The translations under genes and the position numbers were made by a program. Under the pieces are notes generated by a model that saw only the letters and a list, made by a program, of their open reading frames with translations, did no database searches and was not told where the DNA came from. Of a stretch of 64,000 nt of DNA, positions 11,771 through 22,965 are shown one piece after another. The first letter of the stretch is position 1. Each line of letters begins with the position of its first letter. The stretch is from Okamejei kenojei (Eukaryota). The stretch spans positions 12,524,001 through 12,588,000 of the forward strand of contig CM069161.1 of assembly GCA_035221665.1 (NCBI GenBank). Reading direction: 5' to 3'.

Positions 11771-12679
11771 GTTCAAACTGACAACACGTGTCTAATGTTA
11801 CAGAAATATCATTTATTAGTCTGGTTAGAAATGGGCTGGGAAGATACAATTTTTGCCTGGAATTGGAATATCCACTGACGAATGTTGAACCATGAACAGT
11901 GTGGATGTGTAATGTAATTTGGCTAGTGTTTAGTAATGGTACACTGGGCAAATGACACTCAATCAGTCCCATGAGGCAACAACGAGCAAGTGCTGGGAAG
12001 TATGTGCACTGACAGAAAGTCAGTTGGATCAAAATCCGCCTTCAAGAGGCAGATCAATGGGCTTTATGGACATTGTGAAAGTTATTTTCTCCAAGGCCTG
12101 GGCTGGGCCGCTTTAAGGTTTATGTAAATCCAGTAACTGCATCTGGGCAGGCGTTTCCTGTTGTTGGACCCCAATGCGCAAGCCCGGGACATTCCATGCA
12201 TGACGTCACATAAGCGCATCGAACTCAAAACAAAAATCGACAATCATGTGATCAGCCTTCAATTTTCTTGCACCTTTCATTCTCCACCTAGACGGAATAA
12301 CGTTGCGCAATTAAACGTTGGATTTCATAATCGAGTTTATAAAAGCAATAATGTTTTTCCGTGGCTACTTACAATCACTGCCGACGAATGACGTAAAATT
12401 GCAAAGTGCAGTGACTGTTCCTTTGTGTGTAAACAGCAAACGTGACAAGTGATTACTTTAGTCAAAACATTGGGAAACTCGCTTGCTCGCCTTAAATTAG
12501 GCATTTTGGATCCAAGGACGCACAAAGTAAACGTAGATGTTACTTTAAATGTGTGGTATGTGTGTTGAAGTCAACTGCCTTCCCAGATGCGATTTAATTA
12601 TGTTAGCCAAACATTCAGTAAATGCTCAGGTTCTTGGCACGCCGTGGTCTGATAGCGCAGAAGGAGATTCTATTGGAAG

Positions 12680-12850
12680 TGAAGATAGACACAAAATGCT
12701 GGAGTAACTCAGCGGAAAGGGCAGCATCATTTGGCAGAAGGAATGGGTGAAGTTTCGGGTCGAAGAAGGTGCTGCCTGTCCCGCTGAGTTACTCCAGCAT
12801 TTTGTGCCTATCTTTGGTTTAAACCAGCATCTGCAGTTCATTCGTACACA
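12680..12850. mobile_element. Penelope-derived fold-back cassette
   Basis: cacaaaatgctggagtaactcagcgg / ccgctgagttactccagcattttgtg are perfect inverted arms. Confidence 0.8.
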
Positions 12851-13059
12851 GTCTATTGGAAGTAACGGTTAGATCACATTTTATACCTCAGCCAAATCTG
12901 TCGGTCATGGTGGTCAAAATGGAATACTATTTCGAGAAGGCGACGTCCCTGTGGCGTCTGAGAGATATTAAGTTACTCAAGAAACGGATTTGTTCTTTCA
13001 TCGCATTACTATCTCTGAGAGATTTCTCCGCCCTAAATTAATACAGGATCCGGATAGAG

Positions 13060-13500
13060 GCATATACAGTTATGAGGTATAGATAAGTAAAGCAGTCAGG
13101 TCCATTTCCCCATAAGATAGACACAAAATGCCAGAGTAACTCAGCGGGACAGACAACATCTCTGGATAGAGGAATGGGTTACGTTTCGGGTCAAGACCCA
13201 TCTTCAGACCATTTTTAAAAGGCTGGAGGGCATAGTTTTATGGTGAGAGGGGGGTTTAAGGAAAGGTGCGAGTGATGTTTTACACAGGCTGGATTGGATG
13301 ATTGGAACACGCTGGCAGGTGTGATGGCGTAGGCACATGGAATAGGAGCATTTAAGAGGCTTTAGGTGGGGACATGACAATGATGTGCAGGGAATGGGAG
13401 GATATGCAACATTTGCAGGCAGAGAGGATTAGTTTAGCTTGGCATCATGGACAGTGTGGGCCGAAGGGCCTGTTCCTTCGTGGTACTGTTTCATGTTATA
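13060..13500 (+). mobile_element. CR1 3' end interrupted by a minus-strand Penelope cassette (13114-13209)
   Basis: Degenerate CR1 3' coding region and tail gggccgaagggcctgttc, with inserted agatagacacaaaatgcc...tcttcagac. Confidence 0.65.
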
Positions 13501-14234
13501 TGTATACCACTGCCACAGTAACTACATTTAACACGTATTATTTTGAGCATGATTAAAAATTAAAATTTGGGGAATACTCAGCGTGGCAGGCAGTAGTTGT
13601 GGAGCGGCGCGATACAGTTAACGTTTCAGATCGGTGATCTGCTGGGAACTCCCAGCATTTACTGTTTTCATTTCGGATTCTTAGCATCCATAGATTTTAT
13701 ATTTTAATTGGCGCGAATCGCTTTGCGACACCCTATGAAATGAAGTCAGCATCTAAATTGAAGTTCTTTCTTTGTTTGCCAACTTAAATTTATCTTTGGA
13801 AGCTGCTGTTAAAATCGTTTCTGCAACGTTTTCATAAAGTGCATTCTCGATTATACCAATTAATTTGCTATAAAATATTCTTACCATCTCTTGTTACTTT
13901 ATCAAATACCATAACCTTTCTGATTATGGGTTTAGCACTGTCAACTGGACAGTAAAACAGTGGAAAACATTGATTTGCCCGTTATTCACACAGATCATGC
14001 CATAAATGCCATTTTATTACTGATCCATCTACAAGTGGGAAAATTTGGCTCTTGTATTGAATATCTCACGGAATCTCATACATCTCTCGTTTCTCCTCAT
14101 AATTGTGCGTCTGCCGATTGCTATTTATTCTCAAATATATATTCTATCCCTTCTTCAAATCCAGGTATCCCACAAAATCAAATATCCATCTATATCTCCA
14201 AATGCATCCATATTCTCTGTTCTTGCCATTGTTT

Positions 14235-14387
14235 TTTATCTCTCTACATCGTCGTCTATATCCCTCGTTTTCCTTTTCCGGTGACTTTAGTCTGAAGAAG
14301 GGTCTCGACCCGAAACGTCACCCATTCCTTTTCTCCAGAGATGTTGCCTGTCCCGCTGAGTTACTCCAGCTTTTTGTGTCTATCTCT
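14235..14387 (+). mobile_element. Penelope-derived cassette with intact hammerhead-like core (14292-14319)
   Basis: ctgaagaagggtctcgacccgaaacgtcacc preceded by the pyrimidine-rich pLTR segment. Confidence 0.8.
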
Positions 14388-15882
14388 GTTCTTCCTTTCT
14401 CTGCAAACATCTGCGGCCAAAAGAATCTTGTAAACACTCTGTATTCCTTCATTTCCCAGTTGCAATGTACCTTAGTTGCTTAGGCCCACTCACCAGCAAT
14501 AGATTCGCCTGAGGAAGAAATGGGATGCATCATAATCAAATTCTGCATTGGCTCATAGCGTTGCTGATTTTGTGTACAGCCATTCTGTGTAGTGAGCAGC
14601 GTGTAAGCCCCATGTTTAGGACTTGGCAGTGCTACTCTTCCATAAACTTGCACTTGGGCCTTAACTCTCCAACTTGCACGCGATTTCTAGTTCAAAGCGC
14701 ATTCCTCTCCCGTTCGTTAATTTGGTTATATGCCTTGCCCCACTCTGTGTACATGTTCAAAAAACACAATAATCTAATGTCATATAAAGCATTGCAAGTC
14801 TGGAACGCTTGTTTGAAAACGAATCTGAGCAACTATTGTGGATACATTGCCTGTTTCTAGAAACCCAAGTTTTCATACTATCTTCAGACCGTTCCTCCTG
14901 CTGCAAACTATTTTTTCAAACCGACCTTCCTTCCTGCATTTTTTTCTGCAATTGTTCATGACTATTTTCATTCTGTTTTGTATTGTTTTCATTCATACTA
15001 AGAACATCCTAATGAATCTTGTGTTGTGTTCTCTCTGCAGCCTCGCCAATTTTCCTATCGGCAGTAAGCCGAGGCATGACCAAACTAAACATAAAATAGT
15101 GCAAATGTAGGAAATCCAATATAAACACCAACTGTTGGAATCATTCAAGAGCCCGGGCAGGATGCGTGGAACTGGAATGAAAATTTATGGTCTGAGATTT
15201 AGCCGTGTTTTTGATCTTTCTCTATCGACGCAACTCGACATACTGAGAGTTTTTTTTGTTGCTTTTTTCTGTTTTTCTTTTAGCACAGCTTGATTGTTCA
15301 GTAAACATACCATTTGCCTCGCTGCATAATAAAAAAACAAACAGTCGCCAGCCAAAGGTGTTTCGTTTGGCTTGTACGTGTGCCAAGGTCGCGAAATTAT
15401 TCAATACCTCTGAAATAACGGGAAACACAAACACGCAAGGCCAAGAATAATATCATCGAATGAGGTTCTTTGGATTTGGTGGAGGTCATCTGCAATCCAC
15501 CGAAATGGCAAACTAAAATCACGATCGTTTGGTTGCCATGTGGAATTCTCTCCCGTTTTATATTTCAGAATCAGAATCACACTTTATTCGCCAAGTATGT
15601 TTTGCAACATATGAGGAATTTCATTGGCCAGGTCAGTCACACAAATAAAAGTAACAGAAACACATTTTCACATGAACATCCACCACAGTGACTCCAACAC
15701 ATTCCTCACTGCGATGGGAGGCGAAATAAAGTTCGTGTCCTTCCCTTAGTTCTTCCTCGGTCTATTTCACTTGGAAAAAGGCAAACGAACTAGACCAACA
15801 GTAGATGTAATTTGAAAAAGTGGTTTCAAGCTTCTTGCATCTGAGGAATTAGCAATACAGACCAACAGAAAGCATTACGAAA

Positions 15883-16080
15883 TGTTTAGGAAGGAACTGC
15901 AGATGCAGATTTAAACCGAAGATATGCACAAACGGCTGGAGTAACTCAGCGAGTCACCTATATTTCTCGTTTCCCTTTTCCCTGACTCTCAGTTTGAAGA
16001 AGGGTCTCGACCCGAAACATCACATATTCCTTTTCTCCTGAGATGCTGACCCACTGAGTTTTTCCAGCTTTTTATCTATA
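15883..16080. mobile_element. Penelope-derived cassette with inverted 5' piece
   Basis: taggaaggaactgcagatgc...gctggagtaactcagcg followed by a forward ttgaagaagggtctcgacccgaaac. Confidence 0.75.
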
Positions 16081-16502
16081 TATAGAAAGTATATTTTGTT
16101 CGGAATGTTATTACATCCTTCCATGGTAACTGGGCCCTAAGAATCGATTATATGCCTAGAATTCTGCACAAACCGTGTTAGCATGTTTTCTAATAACGTC
16201 TGCCAATTTGTTAAGTGGGTTTCCGAAAAAATTATCACACACTAAATACAGACATAAGGAACTACGGATACCGATTTACAACAGCAACAAAAAAGAAACA
16301 ATGAGCTCAACTTCTCAGCGGGTCAGGCAGCATCTCTGGGGAACATGGCCAGCTATCTGATCCGATGAGTTACTCCAGCACTTTGTGTCTACACACAAAA
16401 TGTATCTTTAATGTCAAAACGATGATGCGAGTCAATGACAAGCATAAATCTTTACTGCAGATTTGATTCATTATGATGTATAATGTAGTAATGGGCGTGA
16501 AG

Positions 16503-16823
16503 GACGGCTCAGCTGCGCAGCTGGTAGAGCTGCTGCATCACAGCGCCAGAGACCCGGTTCGGGTCTGACATCGGGTGCTGCCTATGTGGAGTTTACAGGT
16601 TTCCCCTGTGGCGGCGTGGCTCTCTGCCGGATGTTCTGGTTTACACCCACATCCCAATGACGTGCAGGTCTGTAGGTAAATTGGCCTCTGTAAATTGTCT
16701 CAAGTGTGCAGGGGGTGGATAAGAAAACATGACAATATAGAACTGGTGTAATCGGGTGACCCTAATGCATGGACTAGTTGGGCCGAAGTGCCTGTGTCCA
16801 TGCTGTATTCCCAAAATAAACGA
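16503..16823 (+). mobile_element. tRNA-derived SINE (HE1/V-SINE-like)
   Basis: gcgcagctggtagagctgctgc...cagcgccagagacccggttcg, central tgtggagtttac..., 3' gggccgaagtgcctgtgtccatgctgt. Confidence 0.8.
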
Positions 16824-17739
16824 AAGTTGTTTTCCTTTTCTGATTCTACAGAGCACACGTCTTCAATGATAGACACAAAGAGCTGGAGTAACTCAGCGGG
16901 ACAGGCAGCATCTCTGGAGATAAGGAAAGGGTCGAGACTATCACACGTCTTTTTGTTTACCAGTGCCACATAGTATTGTAACTAAATCGTCCATTCTATA
17001 ATGAAATCTTGGGTTTAGTTTAAATGCAGCAAAATATATTACACATAACTTTGTATTTGAAGAAACCTCTACGTCAAATAATAAAAAATTACAAATGCAG
17101 CTTTTATATGCATTAAAATGTAAAACGGTGCGTTATACTATGTTGAATGACATATGTTATCATTATGTATGTCCATTTACATGGAATTGTGAGTGAAAGG
17201 TAGCAACTTGCTTTTTATGTTTTAAACTCAGCTGCCTCCCGCAGTTATTGTTTAACATGCTGATGTTTTTTAGGATTTGTAAATATGTTGTTTTTCTTTC
17301 TTTATAACAGCAGTTTTGTTCAGAAAGCTCATCAGTACACATGAGGGTTGACATTCATTGCTTGTGCTTATGACAGCAGGTCGACAATGGGAACTGCTAT
17401 CTGACGTAGAATGTATAATTCAATTTCATGTGCTTAAACAAGGCAACTATGAAGCAGCCTTCACTAAATTCCATTACATTTTGTTCTTACTGTTACCATG
17501 ATCATCGTCATACTTCTTAAAAGCAACCTGGTGGATTTTGTGAAATGGTTTCCCCAGCAGACGGTCAAGGAGTTTTGACAGAAGGTTTAACACTTCAAAC
17601 AGCTTCAAACAATTACTAACATTTTATTAAGCTAATGTTGTGAAGGGTCCTTTATTCCTTGCACAGTTGGAGGTTCACTGCCACTTCCTGCTACCCAAGA
17701 AACGACCGTGGTCAGGATGAGAACATCATCTATTTAGTT

Positions 17740-18070
17740 GGAGACAAGAGCAACTACAGATACTGGTATCTTGAGCAAAGCACAAAGTGCTGGAGGATGT
17801 CGGTAGTGGGTCAGTCGGTATCTGTGGTGAGACAGAGGACATCTCGGGACAGAAACCGTCCTCTCACCCTGATTGCTGTAATGGGCAGAGAGCTGAAAAA
17901 TTGAGGTGAGGCCTGGACAGAGCCTGGCAGATTAAAGGTGAAGTGCGGGAGAGGGTTATTGGCAGATGAGTGGAATAATTGGCGAGGGCTAGATGTGAAA
18001 GGATGTCAGATAGTGGGTGAGGTGGAGGAGCGAAATGTAAAGCTGGTTTGGTGGGGGGGGGGGGGGGGGT

Positions 18071-18101
<31 letters not shown>

Positions 18102-18135
18102 AATGGCTGGAACGGGACTAGAGGGAGAGCGAGGG
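17740..18135 (-). mobile_element. Older Penelope-like terminal repeat containing a poly-G tract (18053-18100)
   Basis: gagacaagagcaactacagatactgg...cacaaagtgctggagg...gggtcag...tctgtgg is a diverged version of the cassette. Confidence 0.5.
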
Positions 18136-18719
18136 CAACGTTCCATTTAGTTCTTGAATGAACGTCTGTCAAGAAGGTTTGGAAAGATATAGAACGGCCT
18201 TTGTTCAGGTTCATCCCAAACAGCTGCATAACAGACTGAGTCACATATGCTCTTGAAAGGTTATCATCTCGACGAAATATGCAAACTGGTCTGCTTGCAA
18301 CTGTCTAGCCCTTCAGTCCGTGACCCACGGCCGTATATAAGACATTCCATTCTCCAGGGCTATATGCTAAGAGTGAATCTTGGCACACTTCCGGCAAATG
18401 ATCAATGGAAAAACATGTAACTCACGTGGCAGAATTTCGTTTTTCGAAATGTTTGGTTACGAAATTTATGTTAAGGAACATAAAAACCGATAATGATCGA
18501 AACACTCATCAGGTACAGGAGAAAAATAATAGTTGACGTTGAAGGGTAATAGCATTTCCTCGGAACTGGAGGATTAAATCTCCATACCATTGAAGGGATC
18601 TACAGGAAGCGCTGCCTCAAAAAAGTCATCGAAGCCCACATCCCCGAGCTGCTCTGGATACTAACCCGCGCGCCCTCTGCTGTCCATAAAGCGACATTAA
18701 CTATTAACTATTAACTATT

Positions 18720-19237
18720 AACCAACCTGATCTCTCAATTGCCGGACACCTGCATTCACCTTCCCATTCCTACACAGACCTTTCAGTCCCCGGTCCCCCC
18801 CTTCTCCCCCCACCCCCCATTGGCAGAGTGAGGCTGAACGCAAATTGGACGAACAGCATCTCATATTTCGCTTAGGCAGCTTGCAGCACAGTAGTATGAA
18901 TATTGATGTATCTCACTTCAGGTAGCCCCGGCATCCCCTCTCTCCCTCGCCCTCCCCCACCCAAGTCGCATTAGCTTTTCATTTTCACCGTACAGACAAC
19001 TTACAAACTGTTTCCGTTCTAATCGTTCCTTTTTTGCATATCTTTCATTCATTGTTCGTTATCTCTCCACATCACCCCCTCGTTTCCCTTATCCCTAACC
19101 AGTTTGAAGAAGGGTCTCGATCTGAAACGTCACCCTTTCCTTCTCACCAGAGATGCTGCCTGTCCCACTGAGTTACTGCTCCAGCTGTTTGTGTCTATCT
19201 TCGGTTACAACCTGCATCTCCAGTTTCTCCTTATACA
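18720..19237 (+). mobile_element. Penelope-like element 3' end: GIY-YIG endonuclease C-terminus plus terminal repeat
   Basis: 18824-18925 reads QSEAERKLDEQHLIFRLGSLQHSSMNIDVSHFR*, matching the PLE endonuclease terminus (R.L.E...I..L.T..P.GMN), and runs into the cassette at about 19104. Confidence 0.85.
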
Positions 19238-19259
19238 TCAACTATTACTTTATGACTTT

Positions 19260-19854
19260 GATAGGAATCATAGAATCATACAAAATAGGTGCAGGAGTAG
19301 GCCATTCGGCCCTTCGAGCCTGCACCGCCATTCAATATGATCATGGCTGATCATCCAACTCAGTATCCTGCACCTGCCTTCTCTCCATGCCCCCTGATCC
19401 CTTTAGCCACAAGGGCCACATCTAACTCCCTCTTAAATATAGCCAACGAACTGGCCTCAACTACCTTCTGTGGCAGAGAATTCCACAGACTCACCGCTCT
19501 CTGTGTGAAAAATGATCTTCTCATCTCGGTCCTAAAAGACTTCCTCCTTATCCTGAAACTGTGATCCCTTGTTCTGGAGTTACCCAACATCGGGAACAAG
19601 CTTCCTGCATCTAGCCTGTCCAACCCCTTAAGAATTTAGTAAGTCTCTATAAGATCCCTCCTCAATATCCTAAATTCCAATGAGTACAAGCCGAGTCTAT
19701 CCAGTCTTTCTTCATATGGAACTCCTGCCATCCCAGGAACCAGTTTGGTGAACCTTCTCTGTACTCCCTCTATGGCAAGAATGTCTTTCCTCAGATTAGG
19801 AGACCAAAACTATACGCAATACTCCAGGTGTGGCCTCACCAAGACCCTGTACAA
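19260..19854 (-). mobile_element. CR1 (HER1-like) LINE 3' end, well preserved
   Basis: RPHLEYCV.FWSPNLRKDILAIEGVQRRFTKLVPGM...DRLDAGSLFPMLGNSRTRDHSFRIRRKSFRTEMRRSFFTQRAVSLWNSLP; closely similar to 8905-9342. Confidence 0.92.
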
Positions 19855-19929
19855 GAGCAAGATGACGGATCGGGATATTCCCACATAGTACGAGGCCTAA
19901 ACTTCTTCCGTCCGAACATGCCAAACATA

Positions 19930-20027
19930 ACAGTCTGAAGAAGGGGTTCGACCCGAAACGTTGCCTATTTGCTTCGCTCCATAGATGCTGCCTCACCAGC
20001 TGAGTTTCTCCAGCATTTCTGTCTACC
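19930..20027 (+). mobile_element. Penelope-derived cassette, subfamily 2
   Basis: ctgaagaaggggttcgacccgaaacgttgcctat...gagtttctccagcatt. Confidence 0.75.
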
Positions 20028-20859
20028 ATGACAATACATTCAACTGTTTCTTCCTCTTTTCGTTTCAAGTTGTGGAAAATAGAACATCAAGTGGATGGAT
20101 TTCCAGTTCTATTTTCAAGAGTCAAGAGTGTGTTATTATCATATGTCCCAAAACGGAACATAGAAATTCTTACTTTCAGCAGCACACGATGTGGAAACCT
20201 TGTGGAAAGAATACTGATTGCCCACACCCTGCTTCATCTAGGATAGAAGAAAAACACCATGGTTAGAGAAAAAATAAATATTCGGTTTTATATTTTAAAA
20301 TGAGCGGTATGAAATTGAAAATGACACGAATTAACAAAACGATGTTCATGTCGTGGAAATAATCTGTTGGAACGTTTGGCAGCAAACTGACGAACATTAT
20401 GCTGTACTGTTATGACAATGGAAATGTACTGACCATAGTAAGATCACGCAGAAGATGAAAGTAATTATGATCACGTAACATTTAGTGCTATTAACTGCAG
20501 GACCTTCATATCCGTCAAAATAACCGCGCTTGAGCTCTTCGTGCCTACCTGGAAGACAAACAAGGGCGAGAACTGAACAGATGATTCGAAAGACAGAGCA
20601 TAAACAACATGACCCCTCCCCCCCCACACATTTGGACAATGGTTTAGCAGCTGCACTTGAACAATACCTCGATGAACATACCTTAAGTAACCACTGTTTA
20701 AAAACACATCCTGCAGAAATCCGGACAGTATCTGTGCTTCAAATCGATAATTGGACAGAAATTTGGGGATTTAATTGTTCCGTTTGGGATATATGACAAT
20801 AAAACAGTCTTGATCTCTTGACCTCTTCTCTTCATTTATATCCATGCACATTGTTTTTT

Positions 20860-21120
20860 TATTTTATTTTAGTTTATTGTCACATGTACCGAGGTGCGGT
20901 GAATGATGTTTTGTGGCGTGCTATCCATTCAACGTAAAGACTATACATGATTACATTTGAGCCCTCCACAGTGTACAGATGCAAGATGAAGTGAATAGTG
21001 TTCAGTCCAAGATAACGTCCAGTAAAATCCGATTAAAGATAGCCCGAGGGTCTGCATTGAGATGGATGGTACCTCAGGACCGCTCTCGGGCTGTTGATCG
21101 GATGGTTACGTTGCCTGATA
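20860..21120 (-). mobile_element. Rex/Babar-like LINE 3' tail
   Basis: tttagtttattgtcacatgtaccgaggtgcggtgaa...gactatacatgattac, shared with 1410, 10403, 31620 and 47245. Confidence 0.6.
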
Positions 21121-21393
21121 TCTTGTCTCGCTTAACATTGAAAAAAATGTGGCTTGTAAATACGATTTTAGTATGTCAAGGTCTTCACCTCCCGGGTTCA
21201 AGATTTCTGCAGTGGATGCAATGATAGACCTCACCAGGTCTAGATTAAAAGCAACGCGTGGAAATTATCTTGATTTTGCAGCGTAAACCATATTGAATGT
21301 GTAAATGAACCCAAAGGGCGAGCGCCTTGGTCTAGTCATACATAATAATAAAATTATCTGTTCTCACATACCTATTTCTTATGGAATTATTAT

Positions 21394-21489
21394 CTGAAGA
21401 AGGGTTTTGGCCCGAAACGTTGCCTATTTCCTTCGCTCCATAGATGCTGCTGCACCCGCTGAGTTTCTCCAGCATTTTTGTCTACCTTC
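21394..21489 (+). mobile_element. Penelope-derived cassette, subfamily 2
   Basis: ctgaagaagggttttggcccgaaacgtt, flanked by the direct repeat ctgttctcac. Confidence 0.78.
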
Positions 21490-22573
21490 CTGTTCTCACC
21501 ACGACAAGTTCCCTGACAAATTTTCGACGTCTCTGAATAACAATGACATTTCAGTTGATATCTTTACTCTGTAGAAAATTAACTTGCATTTTCAGGGACG
21601 TCTGTGAATGTTAAAGAGGTGGTGAATTCGCAGAAGACCATCAAGCCTCAAAACAAGGAGACACAAGGAACTGTAGATGTTGGAACATGGAGCAAAATGA
21701 AGCGTGCTGGGGGAACTCAGCGGGTCAGGCAGCGTCTGTGGAAGAAATGAGCAGACCGTTTCCGGTCGAGGCACGTCTTCAGACAAAACATATTAGATGG
21801 GCGAAATCTAATCTTTGAACTGCGGTAAAGGAAATATTAACTCCTTCTAACATCGTAACTCAATGTCCCTGATTGAACGAGACACCAATTCCACGCACTT
21901 CAAAGCAGACGGCGCCACTTAAAAAAAAATACAGCCTTCACTCGATCCCATCTCCTGGTCATTTCAAGTGCGATGACTTATCATAGCTGTGAAATGACGA
22001 ATATTCCACTTCATTCATGATAAACATTCCACGTTGAACAATTCCGAAAATATTTTCTCCACGTTGTGACGCCCGTAGAAGGAAGAATAAATGAAGATGT
22101 GATCAAATGTAATATTTAGTTGAAGATCACGTTTACGTGTGGAGACTGAAGCTGCTCGTATGTGTGCCAGGGATGGGGTAAAAAAACAAACAAACTACTA
22201 AACAGAACAAAACCTTTGAAATTAATCCCTCTCATTTCAGTAGCTATTTAGTATCTACACTCTAGCAGATCATTACGATTATTTATCTCTCGTTAAATAG
22301 AGATGTAGTTGCAAATGCCTGATTCATATTTTTCCAAAAAATAAGGATGACGGAGTATCATCTGGTATTCATTACCTTGGTTATTTCTATCATATATTAA
22401 GAGCTTACACACACACACATTAAATACCACTTAATACACCCTCTACCTCTATTTAATCTCATATTACGTTATAACGTTTGACGTTATCAGAATGTAATAT
22501 CTACAGCAGGATTTGTCTGCAGAGTGCCAGGATATCCGAGGACTTTATCCTGCGCCAATAAACATAGTTTCTT

Positions 22574-22965
22574 GGGTACACAAAAGGCTGGAGAAACTCA
22601 GCGGAAGGGGAGGTTCCTCCCCTTCCCACCTCTCCCTCAGCCCACGGGCTCTGACATTCCCTCTCTCTCCATCTCTCTCCCCCACCCTAGTCGCACTAGC
22701 TTCTCATTTTCACACTACAAACAGCTTACAATGGCTTGTTCCCTTTATCATCGATAGTTTTTTGCATACCTTTCATTCATTGTTCTTTATCTCTCCACAT
22801 CACCGTCTATATCTCCCGTTTCCCTGATCCCTGACCAGTCTGAAGAAGGGTCTCGACCCGAAACGTCGCCTATCTCCTTCGCTCCTTAGATGCTGCTGCA
22901 CCCGCTGAGTTTCTCCAGCCTTTTGTGTACCCTCGATTCTCCAGCATCTGCAGTTCCTTCTTTAA
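22574..22965 (+). mobile_element. Long Penelope terminal repeat with inverted 5' piece; intact hammerhead-like core at 22840-22867
   Basis: Colinear with 18930-19237. The 5' gggtacacaaaaggctggagaaactcagcgg is the reverse complement of 22903-22932. Confidence 0.85.

Noticed and set aside
14292-14387. CRISPR-like repeats
   Set aside because: Copies are dispersed, in both orientations and without regular spacers, in vertebrate DNA; they are explained by Penelope-derived elements.
18053-18100. Poly-G tract as a functional G-quadruplex (also 27822-27843 and 45915-45943)
   Set aside because: Homopolymer expansions, one inside a TE, with uncertain length and no evidence of function.
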